Shown here piece after piece: positions 1 through 7,061 of a stretch of 25,299 nt of DNA. The position numbers were made by a program, and so were the translations under genes. The stretch covers positions 1 to 25,299 of IMG/VR virus record IMGVR_UViG_3300012016_000039, one strand, 5' to 3'. The notes below the pieces were generated by a model, which did not search any database, was not told the origin of the DNA, and saw only the letters and a list, made by a program, of their open reading frames with translations. Position 1 is the first letter of the stretch. The number at the start of each line of letters is the position of its first letter. Origin of the DNA: a virus.

Positions 1-3
1 AAT

Positions 4-87
4 AGCAGGATACCGCAAAAGCGGCTGGTCCTAATCAAAGCAAACGTGTAAATAACCGCAAACTTTTGATAGAGGAGCGGCTATTTT
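4..87 (+). ncRNA. sRNA S1, family A putative antitoxin (cognate of T1)
   Basis: AGCAGGATACCGC-AAAA-GCGG 5' hairpin, ACCGC...GCGGCT terminator-like stem plus T-run; 5' part nearly identical to S13; promoter lies before the window start. Confidence 0.7.
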
Positions 88-167
88 ATTAATTCTTTAA
101 TTATTTTAACTATAAATAAAGAGTTAACAACAATCTGAGATATAATAAAAATATCATTCAGACTCAT
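81..167 (-). CDS. T1 small hydrophobic peptide, putative type I toxin (MSLNDIFIISQIVVNSLFIVKIIKELIK, 28 aa)
   Basis: Manual translation; SD GGGGGTGAT; TATAAT at 225-230 (-); anti-SD stem in the UTR; convergent with S1. Confidence 0.75.
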   Translation of the reverse strand: MSLNDIFIISQIVVNSLFIVKIIKELIK

Positions 168-266
168 TATATCACCCCCTTTAAAAGGAGAGTGACCAAC
201 CGCCCCGGACATCCTGCTTATCTTATTATAAAACATTGACATTTAGTTTTAAAGTGATACAATAAT

Positions 267-349
267 AGCGTGACTCGTTTGCGGGTCGTTATATTAATCG
301 TTTTTAGTTATTATTATAACAACCACATTCACAGTGCGGTTGCTTTTTT
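267..349 (+). ncRNA. sRNA S2, family B orphan antitoxin-like RNA
   Basis: TTGACA(236)-16-TACAAT(258); 5' hairpin CTCG-TTTG-CGGG, middle stem GTTATA/TATAAC, terminator CAACCAC...GCGGTTG-T6; no toxin 5' half downstream. Confidence 0.7.
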
Positions 350-370
350 AAAATAAAGTGATATAATAAG

Positions 371-452
371 AGCGTAGTCCATTACGGGCTCGTTTTTCAA
401 GAAAGATTAATTTCTTTTATTACGTCCACGACTGCGACGCGGGCGTTTTTTT
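371..452 (+). ncRNA. sRNA S3, family B putative antitoxin (cognate of T2)
   Basis: TATAAT at 362-367 with -35-like TTGCTT supplied by the S2 terminator; AGCGTAGTCC...GGGCT hairpin; terminator ACGTCC...GGGCGT-T7. Confidence 0.7.
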
Positions 453-517
453 ATAAAAGAAATTATTATTATTATTTTTATGATAATATCTAATATATCT
501 TTTATAATTTGGAACAT
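407..517 (-). CDS. T2 small hydrophobic peptide with basic tail, putative type I toxin (MFQIIKDILDIIIKIIIIISFIKKRPRRSRGRNKRN, 36 aa)
   Basis: Manual translation; SD AGAGGTGAT; TATAAT at 593-598 (-); ORF runs antisense through the S3 terminator. Confidence 0.75.
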   Translation of the reverse strand: MFQIIKDILDIIIKIIIIISFIKKRPRRSRGRNKRN

Positions 518-638
518 TCAATCACCTCTTCCCTACCTTAAATTAAGGTATAGAGAAAAAATGAACCCGCAATCACGAACTACGCTAAACCTATTATAAA
601 TTATTGACAAACGAATATGAACTAACTAAAATACAAAA

Positions 639-709
639 TGTCTGGTAGATACCAGCAAAAACGACAATCAAAATTAATCTCCTTTAAGATGCGGGAGGTT
701 AATTTTTTT
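639..709 (+). ncRNA. Unrelated two-hairpin sRNA Sx (possible third antitoxin family)
   Basis: TTGACA(604)-17-TAAAAT(627); CTGGT-AGAT-ACCAG hairpin; terminator AATTAATCTCC...GGAGGTTAATT-T run; no ORF on the same strand. Confidence 0.5.
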
Positions 710-773
710 CTTGAGAATATTCTGAGATAATAGTATAATAGTAGAAAAGTATTAAAAAATAATATTAAAGGTA

Positions 774-1772
774 ATGAAAATGATAGAGACAGGTAATTTC
801 CAAGTATTTCTCTCGTGCAGGCGTGATGACGAAAGTGGTATTCCAGAAAATATTGTAAACCCTACTTATACAGTAGAATACAATTATGGTTCATATCAAC
901 GAGTTGATGACATATGTTTTATAACATTCCATATTAAAGCAAATATCACAAATGGTGGCATTGGATATGCTTCAATACTTGGGTTGCCGTACAAAAGTGC
1001 GGATTCGTGTGGCGGGCAAGCTTTAGCAATGCAGGAAATGTTTTGTGGTGCAAGCACAATTGGTAATTTAACATGTACAATAAAAGACAATACTAAACAA
1101 ATAAATTTACAGCAGAATAATGGACTTTCAGCATTTTATTGGGGCTTAGGTACAATTTGGATTGGGTTTTCAGGTTCGTATTTTATAGATGAAAATGCAC
1201 CATCTGGTTGGATAGATCCAATTTATAACCGCACGCAAGCTGATATTGATAAATTAGAATTATACAAATCGATAGGATATAGAAACTTAAGTGAGCAACA
1301 GAAAACGGAATATTTAGCAGGTATGATTGGCGCGTTAAATTATAAAGATTTAAATAGGATTGAGAATGACCTTGAATTACTCAGTAGATTATTAAATATT
1401 CCGTATATAAATAAAACAGATTGGAATATGCTTGATATATTTGGCGGTGAGGAATCTGACCGAATTATTAACCAGTTAAAAAATATGGTATTATGTTTTG
1501 ACTCAACTGGTTGGCCCCAAGTCCCAGATAGGCCACTTAACTATTACGTAAAAATCAACACAATTGAGAGCTTATTGATGCTTATGTATCAATCGTGGAT
1601 TGGAACTTCAATTTATACGTTTCTTACAAACAATGGTGACCGTTTCCTAACTAATAATGGCGAAAATTTTATTGTTTCAGATGGGGCGACACGAGTAGAA
1701 CTTATAACTTCCAACCATGAGCTTATACTTACGACAACAGGCTATTTGAATGTATTTGAAAAACCGATTTAA
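774..1772 (+). CDS. Phage tail/baseplate-associated protein (composite)
   Basis: N-terminal region resembles the C-terminal domain of 13636-14199 (Y..(V/F).D.C(F/Y)I...LPY); central GALNYKDLNRIENDL segment typical of clostridial phage tail proteins; promoter TTGAGA(711)-17-TATAAT(734); start may be ATG 780. Confidence 0.55.
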   Translation: MKMIETGNFQVFLSCRRDDESGIPENIVNPTYTVEYNYGSYQRVDDICFITFHIKANITNGGIGYASILGLPYKSADSCGGQALAMQEMFCGASTIGNLTCTIKDNTKQINLQQNNGLSAFYWGLGTIWIGFSGSYFIDENAPSGWIDPIYNRTQADIDKLELYKSIGYRNLSEQQKTEYLAGMIGALNYKDLNRIENDLELLSRLLNIPYINKTDWNMLDIFGGEESDRIINQLKNMVLCFDSTGWPQVPDRPLNYYVKINTIESLLMLMYQSWIGTSIYTFLTNNGDRFLTNNGENFIVSDGATRVELITSNHELILTTTGYLNVFEKPI

Positions 1773-1990
1773 TCACTTAAATTAAATTCTGATAATATAT
1801 TACTATTATCTCTTATATATTTGCTAACAATCATATTTAGGGCACTATTATTTGTCATACCTTGTGCTTTATTAATTTGTGTAAATTTATTCCAAGTATG
1901 CGTATGAACTTTAGCAGAAATAATTTTTTGTTTATTTTCTTGAAAATTTGGCGTTTTAATAATTTTATTTTCATATATATTTTTAGCCAT
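1769..1990 (-). CDS. Ribbon-helix-helix DNA-binding protein, probable ParA partner (ParG/type Ib adaptor-like)
   Basis: 73 aa; beta-strand ISAKV followed by two helices; SD GAGGTG; overlaps the parA stop by 8 nt. Confidence 0.6.
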   Translation of the reverse strand: MAKNIYENKIIKTPNFQENKQKIISAKVHTHTWNKFTQINKAQGMTNNSALNMIVSKYIRDNSNILSEFNLSD

Positions 1991-2750
1991 TTATCACCTC
2001 AAGTAATTCATCAGTAAATTTTTTATAATCAACACAAGTATTAGAATTCGGAGCAAATTTGGCCAAAGGTACAGCTTTAAGAGATATAGCCTCACGACAA
2101 GCTACTGATTCACGTATTTTAGTATTAAAAGCTTTCAAACCTTTGGGCGCGAGCAACTTATTTATTGCATTCGATATTTCTTTAGAAACACGTGTATAAG
2201 GGTGTGCCTTTGTAATCAAAAGCCCAGCCAATTTTACAGAAGGGTTGACTGTATTCGAGATTGACTTAACAACATTGAGAATTTCAAAGATCCCATTTAT
2301 CGACCACCCCGATTCATCTGTAGGGAGCAAAATAAAATCGGAAGATGCTAAAGCATTTAAAGTCATAATAGAGAGTTGTGGTGGGGTATCAATAATGACA
2401 TAATCATATTTGTTAATATTTGCCATTGAACGTTTCAAATGTAACAAACGATTAGAATCATCTAATATCTTAATATCAACATTTTTGAGACATTTATCTG
2501 ATGGAATTATATCACCAACACTAGTATGTTGAATACAAAGATTTGCATTAACATCAGCGCACATAATATCCATCATTGTGTAAGTATCGTAAGTTTTGGC
2601 ACCGTAAAAAGTTGTTGTATTACATTGTGAATCTGTGTCTACAACAAGAACGTCGAACTCGTATATTTGCAATTGATTCGCAAGGCAAATAGTAGTTGTT
2701 GTTTTCCCACATCCCCCTTTATTATTGACTACTGATATTATTTTACACAT
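1983..2750 (-). CDS. parA: ParA/Soj family partition ATPase
   Basis: Deviant Walker A KGGCGKTT, VVDTDSQCN and IIDTPP motifs; promoter TTGACA(2818)-17-TAAAAT(2795). Confidence 0.92.
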   Translation of the reverse strand: MCKIISVVNNKGGCGKTTTTICLANQLQIYEFDVLVVDTDSQCNTTTFYGAKTYDTYTMMDIMCADVNANLCIQHTSVGDIIPSDKCLKNVDIKILDDSNRLLHLKRSMANINKYDYVIIDTPPQLSIMTLNALASSDFILLPTDESGWSINGIFEILNVVKSISNTVNPSVKLAGLLITKAHPYTRVSKEISNAINKLLAPKGLKAFNTKIRESVACREAISLKAVPLAKFAPNSNTCVDYKKFTDELLEVING

Positions 2751-2893
2751 CAAACACCACCTAAAATAATACTTTTTATAATATTTATTATTTTAATATA
2801 ATATACTGCACATGTCAACAAGTTTTTTTAAAAAAAAGGTGTTTTAAAAGATAAAAAACTTAGTATGATAGACTCAATTTAGGTGACGAATAA

Positions 2894-3343
2894 GTGCAAA
2901 ACATGGCACTTATTTTTTTGGTGGTTTTTATGGTAATGAAATGTGACGGTGATTGTTTTAACTGTAAATTTAAAGATTGTATTTTAGAATATGATGAGAT
3001 AGAGGCTTATGAGGAACTTGACGAATATGTATTAGATACTAATGACAGAAAGAAGCGCAAGGCAAACCGTTTATACCATAAAAGTAAAAAATACAAAGAA
3101 TACCAGCGCATATATCGTCGGAATTACTATAAAACACACAAATTATATTTTAAAGAATGGAAACATAAATACTATTTAAATAATCGTGAAAAGATATTAA
3201 AACAACAAAAAGAATATAGAGAAAAGCATCAAAAAGAAATAAGGGAGCGCCGCGAAATAAAAAAAACGCAGCGCCTTTTTAATACTTTAAAACCTATAGT
3301 GATGAAGCGAGTTGAAATGATAATGAACCTTGACAAAAATTAA
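2894..3343 (+). CDS. Hypothetical phage protein, Cys cluster (CDGDCFNCKFKDC) followed by a Lys/Arg/Tyr-rich region
   Basis: 149 aa ORF with SD AGGTGA before GTG; alternative start at ATG 2930. Confidence 0.55.
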   Translation: MQNMALIFLVVFMVMKCDGDCFNCKFKDCILEYDEIEAYEELDEYVLDTNDRKKRKANRLYHKSKKYKEYQRIYRRNYYKTHKLYFKEWKHKYYLNNREKILKQQKEYREKHQKEIRERREIKKTQRLFNTLKPIVMKRVEMIMNLDKN

Positions 3344-3363
3344 AAAAGAGGTACAATAGTAGC
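3330..3363 (+). repeat. Promoter repeat TTGACAAAAATTAAAAAAGAGGTACAATAGTAGC, copy 1
   Basis: Identical to 3570-3603; near-identical to 18950-18983 and 19212-19245; TTGACA-16-TA(C/T)AAT. Confidence 0.9.
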
Positions 3364-3445
3364 AGGACGGCACAGAAACGGCAAGTCCTAATTAATGAAG
3401 TTATTATGACCGCTTACTTACTGTACAAGAAGCGGTTACTTTTTT
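3361..3445 (+). ncRNA. sRNA S4, family A putative antitoxin (cognate of T3)
   Basis: AGCAGGAC...GTCCT 5' stem; ACCGCTT...AAGCGGT terminator plus T6. Confidence 0.7.
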
Positions 3446-3501
3446 GTAATCAGAAATATTAAAAGTAATATTAAGAATAATAAAACTAAATTCCAATTCA
3501 T
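3436..3501 (-). CDS. T3 small hydrophobic peptide, putative type I toxin (MNWNLVLLFLILLLIFLITKK, 21 aa)
   Basis: Manual translation; SD GGAGGTGA sequestered in CTCCAA-CA-TTGGAG; TATAAT at 3559-3564 (-). Confidence 0.75.
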   Translation of the reverse strand: MNWNLVLLFLILLLIFLITKK

Positions 3502-3569
3502 TCAATCACCTCCAATGTTGGAGAGTGACTAGCCGCTTCCGGACATCCTGCTCATTTAATTATAATTGC

Positions 3570-3603
3570 TTGACAAAAATTAAAAAAGAGGTACAATAGT
3601 AGC
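3570..3603 (+). repeat. Promoter repeat copy 2
   Basis: 34-nt exact direct repeat of 3330-3363. Confidence 0.9.
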
Positions 3604-3674
3604 GTGACCTGGGTATGGGTTCATATTTTCACTTTTAATATTACTACCGTGATTGAAGCACGGTAGATTTTTTT
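3601..3674 (+). ncRNA. sRNA S5, family B orphan (array unit 1)
   Basis: AGCGTGACCT...GGGTT 5' hairpin, ATATT/AATAT middle stem, CTACCGTG...CACGGTAG-AT7 terminator. Confidence 0.7.
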
Positions 3675-3694
3675 GAAAAATATGGTATAATAAT

Positions 3695-3774
3695 AGCGTG
3701 ATTCGTTTAACGGATCGTTATAAGTTTATATTTATCGTTATAACAACCGTGTTTGTGGCACGGTAGATTTTTTT
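3695..3774 (+). ncRNA. sRNA S6, family B orphan (array unit 2)
   Basis: TGGTATAAT at 3683-3691; GATTCG...CGGATC hairpin; GTTATA/TATAAC stem; ACCGTG...CACGGT terminator plus T7. Confidence 0.7.
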
Positions 3775-3795
3775 AGAATAATATGATATAATAAT

Positions 3796-3869
3796 AGCGT
3801 GACTCGGGAACGGGTTCATTATATTGTTACTATAATTACTACCGTGGTGTAAGCACGGTAGATTTTTTT
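3796..3869 (+). ncRNA. sRNA S7, family B putative antitoxin (array unit 3, cognate of T4)
   Basis: TGATATAAT upstream; same three-hairpin layout as S5 and S6; overlapped antisense by T4. Confidence 0.72.
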
Positions 3870-3944
3870 ATGAGTTCTAAAGAAACTCAGAATTTGTAAT
3901 ATCAATAAGATGATATTCAAAATTTGAATAATCTTATCTCTCAT
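3819..3944 (-). CDS. T4 small hydrophobic peptide, putative type I toxin (MRDKIIQILNIILLILQILSFFRTHKKIYRAYTTVVIIVTI, 41 aa)
   Basis: Internal ATG of track ORF 3819-4010 with SD AGGAGGGGTGA; promoter TTGATA(4048)-17-TATACT(4025). Confidence 0.78.
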   Translation of the reverse strand: MRDKIIQILNIILLILQILSFFRTHKKIYRAYTTVVIIVTI

Positions 3945-4051
3945 AATCACCCCTCCTTTCACTGACAGACCGTCAGATTTGAAGGAATGAACCCGTGCAA
4001 CCCAAATCACGCTAAAATTAGTATAGAGCGTTAATCAAAAACTATCAATTT

Positions 4052-5341
4052 TTAAAATTCGTAATCCACAAATTTAGTATGATCACCATCCCATTTAAGT
4101 TTGATATTGCGTGTCACACCATGTCTATTTTTAGCGACAATAATCTGCGCTTCCTGTGGGTCAACTTTATCTGATTTATCATAATAATATGGTCTATATA
4201 GCATCAATACAATATCTGCATCTTGTTCGATTGAACCAGAATCCCTGAGGTCTGATAGTAACGGTATGTGGTCCGCTCTTTGTTCGCTTGCTCTTGAAAG
4301 CTGTGACAAACATATGATCGGGACCCCTAGCTCCATAGACATTAATTTTAAAGTTCTAGTTATTTCAGAGATTTCTTGTACACGATTTGATTTTGAAACA
4401 ATTGGCGGTATTAATTGTAGATAATCAATAATAACCAATTCAACATTTGGTGCACTTCTAATTTTTGCACGAATTTCAGAAAGAGAAATCGCAGATTTAT
4501 CGTTTAAAAATAACTTATATTCTGAAATATTATCTAATGATTTTGTAAGTAATTCACGTTCAAACTCTGTAAGTGCGCTTATCTGAATTTTTTCTTGCTC
4601 TATTTCAGATGACATTGTTAAAACTTTTTGAGCAATCTGAACTGCTGACATTTCTAAACTAAAAAATAGAATAGTATGATCTTTTGCAATATTATTAGAA
4701 ATACTAAGAGCTAAACTTGTTTTGCCCATTCCAGGCCTTGCCGCAATAAAAATTAAGTCTTCTGATTTTATACCTTTTATAGTTTCATCAAGGAGTGTGA
4801 AACCAGTTTTTATTGTTTTTTCTGATTTAGTAGTGTCTAAACTAGATATCATTGCATCCTGTATTGATATTGTATGCCCCATACTTTTACCATTGCGGAT
4901 TTTATATAGTTTATCATCGAGTTTACTTATAATTTTTTCAGGTGTTTCTCCACGTGTAATAAAGTTTGGGACTTGTGAACATAGATCCAATATTTGCCTT
5001 AGTTGTGATTTTTCACGAATTATATTTGCGTAATTTTTGCTGGCACCAATTGATGGTACTATTTGAACTATTTCCAATAAATAATTTTTTATTTGTATTT
5101 TATCCATTGTAGAATCAGATGAAATTTGATTCATTAATGTAATGAAGTCAATTTTTTCACTATGGGTATACATATCAATAATAGTTTTATATATCATTTT
5201 ATTAATCGGGTCATAAAAAAATGTTTCATTGGGGAGGATCCCTATTATTTCATTTATTATACTACTATCTAAAACCAATGCACCTAATAAAGCCTTTTCT
5301 GCTTCTATATCAATAGTGTATGCTAAACTATCTTGTAACAT
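4052..5341 (-). CDS. dnaB: Replicative DNA helicase DnaB
   Basis: AARPGMGKT Walker A, IIDYLQLI, LSQLSR...SDLRDSGSIEQDADIV and IVAKNRHG motifs; N-terminal EAEKALLGAL. Confidence 0.95.
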   Translation of the reverse strand: MLQDSLAYTIDIEAEKALLGALVLDSSIINEIIGILPNETFFYDPINKMIYKTIIDMYTHSEKIDFITLMNQISSDSTMDKIQIKNYLLEIVQIVPSIGASKNYANIIREKSQLRQILDLCSQVPNFITRGETPEKIISKLDDKLYKIRNGKSMGHTISIQDAMISSLDTTKSEKTIKTGFTLLDETIKGIKSEDLIFIAARPGMGKTSLALSISNNIAKDHTILFFSLEMSAVQIAQKVLTMSSEIEQEKIQISALTEFERELLTKSLDNISEYKLFLNDKSAISLSEIRAKIRSAPNVELVIIDYLQLIPPIVSKSNRVQEISEITRTLKLMSMELGVPIICLSQLSRASEQRADHIPLLSDLRDSGSIEQDADIVLMLYRPYYYDKSDKVDPQEAQIIVAKNRHGVTRNIKLKWDGDHTKFVDYEF

Positions 5342-5496
5342 ATACAACCCACACCCATTTGTTTAAAAATATTCCTATAATTATAGCATTTTTACAAAAA
5401 AACACAACCTTTTATTGCAAAAATAATTGATATTAATTTACTAAATATATATTTTTACCATATATATCTATATGAAAAGTATTCATATACGCTGGG

Positions 5497-6924
5497 GTGG
5501 TGATTAATATCAAACTTAAGAATATATTTGAACAAATAGGTTACAATATAGATGCTTATATTAATCACACTGGTGTAATCAAAAACTATATTGCTTGGTA
5601 CTATGGTATAGTGGAAACATTTCACCGCTACTATATATTTAATGGTGATCAAAAAATATTATGTAGACGCTTTTCAATGGGGCTACCTAAAAAGATATGT
5701 GAAAATTTTGCTGATCTTTTGTGCAATGAAAAAGTAGCGTTTTCGATACCTAATGAAAATTCTTCAAAAAAATTGAACGAATTACTTAAAAGAAATAATT
5801 TCCATTTTTTAGCAAATCAAAGTATTGAAAAAACATTTGCACTAGGTTTTGGTGCTTATGTACTTTCAATAGATCCTAAGATTGGAATTAAAATTCAGTT
5901 TGTAAGTGCTGATAATGTTATTCCATTATCATATGATGCTGATGATATACAAGAAGCAGCATTTATTTCTGACACGTTTGATCTAAGGGGCGAAAAAATA
6001 CGTTATATTCAAGTCCATAGAAAAGACGAAAATGATAATTATGTCATATATAATTATCGTTATTTTGTGGCACCTGATGGTGAAATGACCCCATCTGAGC
6101 TTGATAATTTGCCACTTACAGTTGAAACTGGATCGAATATACCTTGGTTTGCAATTATTAAGCCGAATTTAGTTAATAACCTTGATATGAATTCACCTTT
6201 TGGGCTCCCTATATATTTTAATTCTTTAGATGTTATTAAATCTTTAGATATCATGTACGACTCTTTTGTGTCTGAGATACAAAACGGACGTAAAAGATTA
6301 TTTGTTTCGTCAGATGCATTAAGAGTAAACAGCGTTGGGAATTTACAACATAGTTTTGACCCAAATGATGTTATCTTTTACTTATTAGATAATAATTTAG
6401 GTGATTCGAAAGCTGGCAAGTATGTTCAGGAAGTAAATGGTGATCTTAGAGTCAATGAACTAAGGCTTGCAATACAAACTAATTTAGAGATTTTATCTTT
6501 TAAACTCGGATTTGGCACGGATTTTTATAAATTTGAAAATGGTTCTGTAATGAAAACCGCCACCGAAGTCATAGCTTCAAATACGGAAATATATAATACT
6601 ATTCATAAACATGAGATAGTATTATCTCGTGCTTTTATTGCAGTTGCACATGCAATGCAATATATTTCTAAAACATTTCTCGGTGAGAATATTGATGGTG
6701 AAGTGATTGTTGATTTTGATGACAGCGTTATCGAATCTAGTAGTTCAAGGCGCGAACAAGATAGAAAAGACGTTGAGATGGGCGCCATGTCACTCGCAGA
6801 ATATAGGTCTATTTGGTATAATGAACCTATTGATGTTGCAAGGCAAAAAATAGTTGATAAAAGTAATAATAAATATGGTGATTTAAATACTAAAAGTAAT
6901 AATAATACTTCCGGATTTATATAA
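5497..6924 (+). CDS. Phage portal protein (SPP1/A118 gp6-like)
   Basis: 475 aa; LPKKICENFADLLCNEK, SPFGLPIY, DIMYDSFVSEIQNGRKRLFV, KTATEVI and VDFDDSVI segments typical of this portal family. Confidence 0.88.
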   Translation: MVINIKLKNIFEQIGYNIDAYINHTGVIKNYIAWYYGIVETFHRYYIFNGDQKILCRRFSMGLPKKICENFADLLCNEKVAFSIPNENSSKKLNELLKRNNFHFLANQSIEKTFALGFGAYVLSIDPKIGIKIQFVSADNVIPLSYDADDIQEAAFISDTFDLRGEKIRYIQVHRKDENDNYVIYNYRYFVAPDGEMTPSELDNLPLTVETGSNIPWFAIIKPNLVNNLDMNSPFGLPIYFNSLDVIKSLDIMYDSFVSEIQNGRKRLFVSSDALRVNSVGNLQHSFDPNDVIFYLLDNNLGDSKAGKYVQEVNGDLRVNELRLAIQTNLEILSFKLGFGTDFYKFENGSVMKTATEVIASNTEIYNTIHKHEIVLSRAFIAVAHAMQYISKTFLGENIDGEVIVDFDDSVIESSSSRREQDRKDVEMGAMSLAEYRSIWYNEPIDVARQKIVDKSNNKYGDLNTKSNNNTSGFI

Positions 6925-7061
6925 TTCGGAAGATTCACCGCTTATTTCTTTTTATTCGTTTCCTTCATCATCCATTATTTTTTTTGTTTCCTTAATTTTC
7001 GTACGTTTTAATGGTGTGGTATAAAGCCACACCATACATATTTTATTTCAAGGGGAATAAT

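Noticed and set aside
4-219. MITE or IS-like element with terminal inverted repeats (AGCAGGAT...ATCCTGCT)
   Set aside because: Mismatches between arms are strand-biased to G-U pairs, the arms differ between modules but covary within them, there are no target-site duplications and no transposase; better explained by mRNA fold-back
2754-2893. parS/parH centromere repeats upstream of parA
   Set aside because: AT-rich divergent promoter region with no discernible repeat set
3361-3370. CsrA/RsmA sponge motif (CAGGAYG) in family A RNAs
   Set aside because: Only one copy per RNA, the GGA is paired in a stem rather than in a loop, and family B lacks it
3570-3869. CRISPR array or TIGR-like guide array
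   Set aside because: Units are about 100 bp, each with its own promoter and terminator; the repeats are degenerate and the variable parts are antisense toxin-coding sequence; no cas or Nop-domain gene in the window
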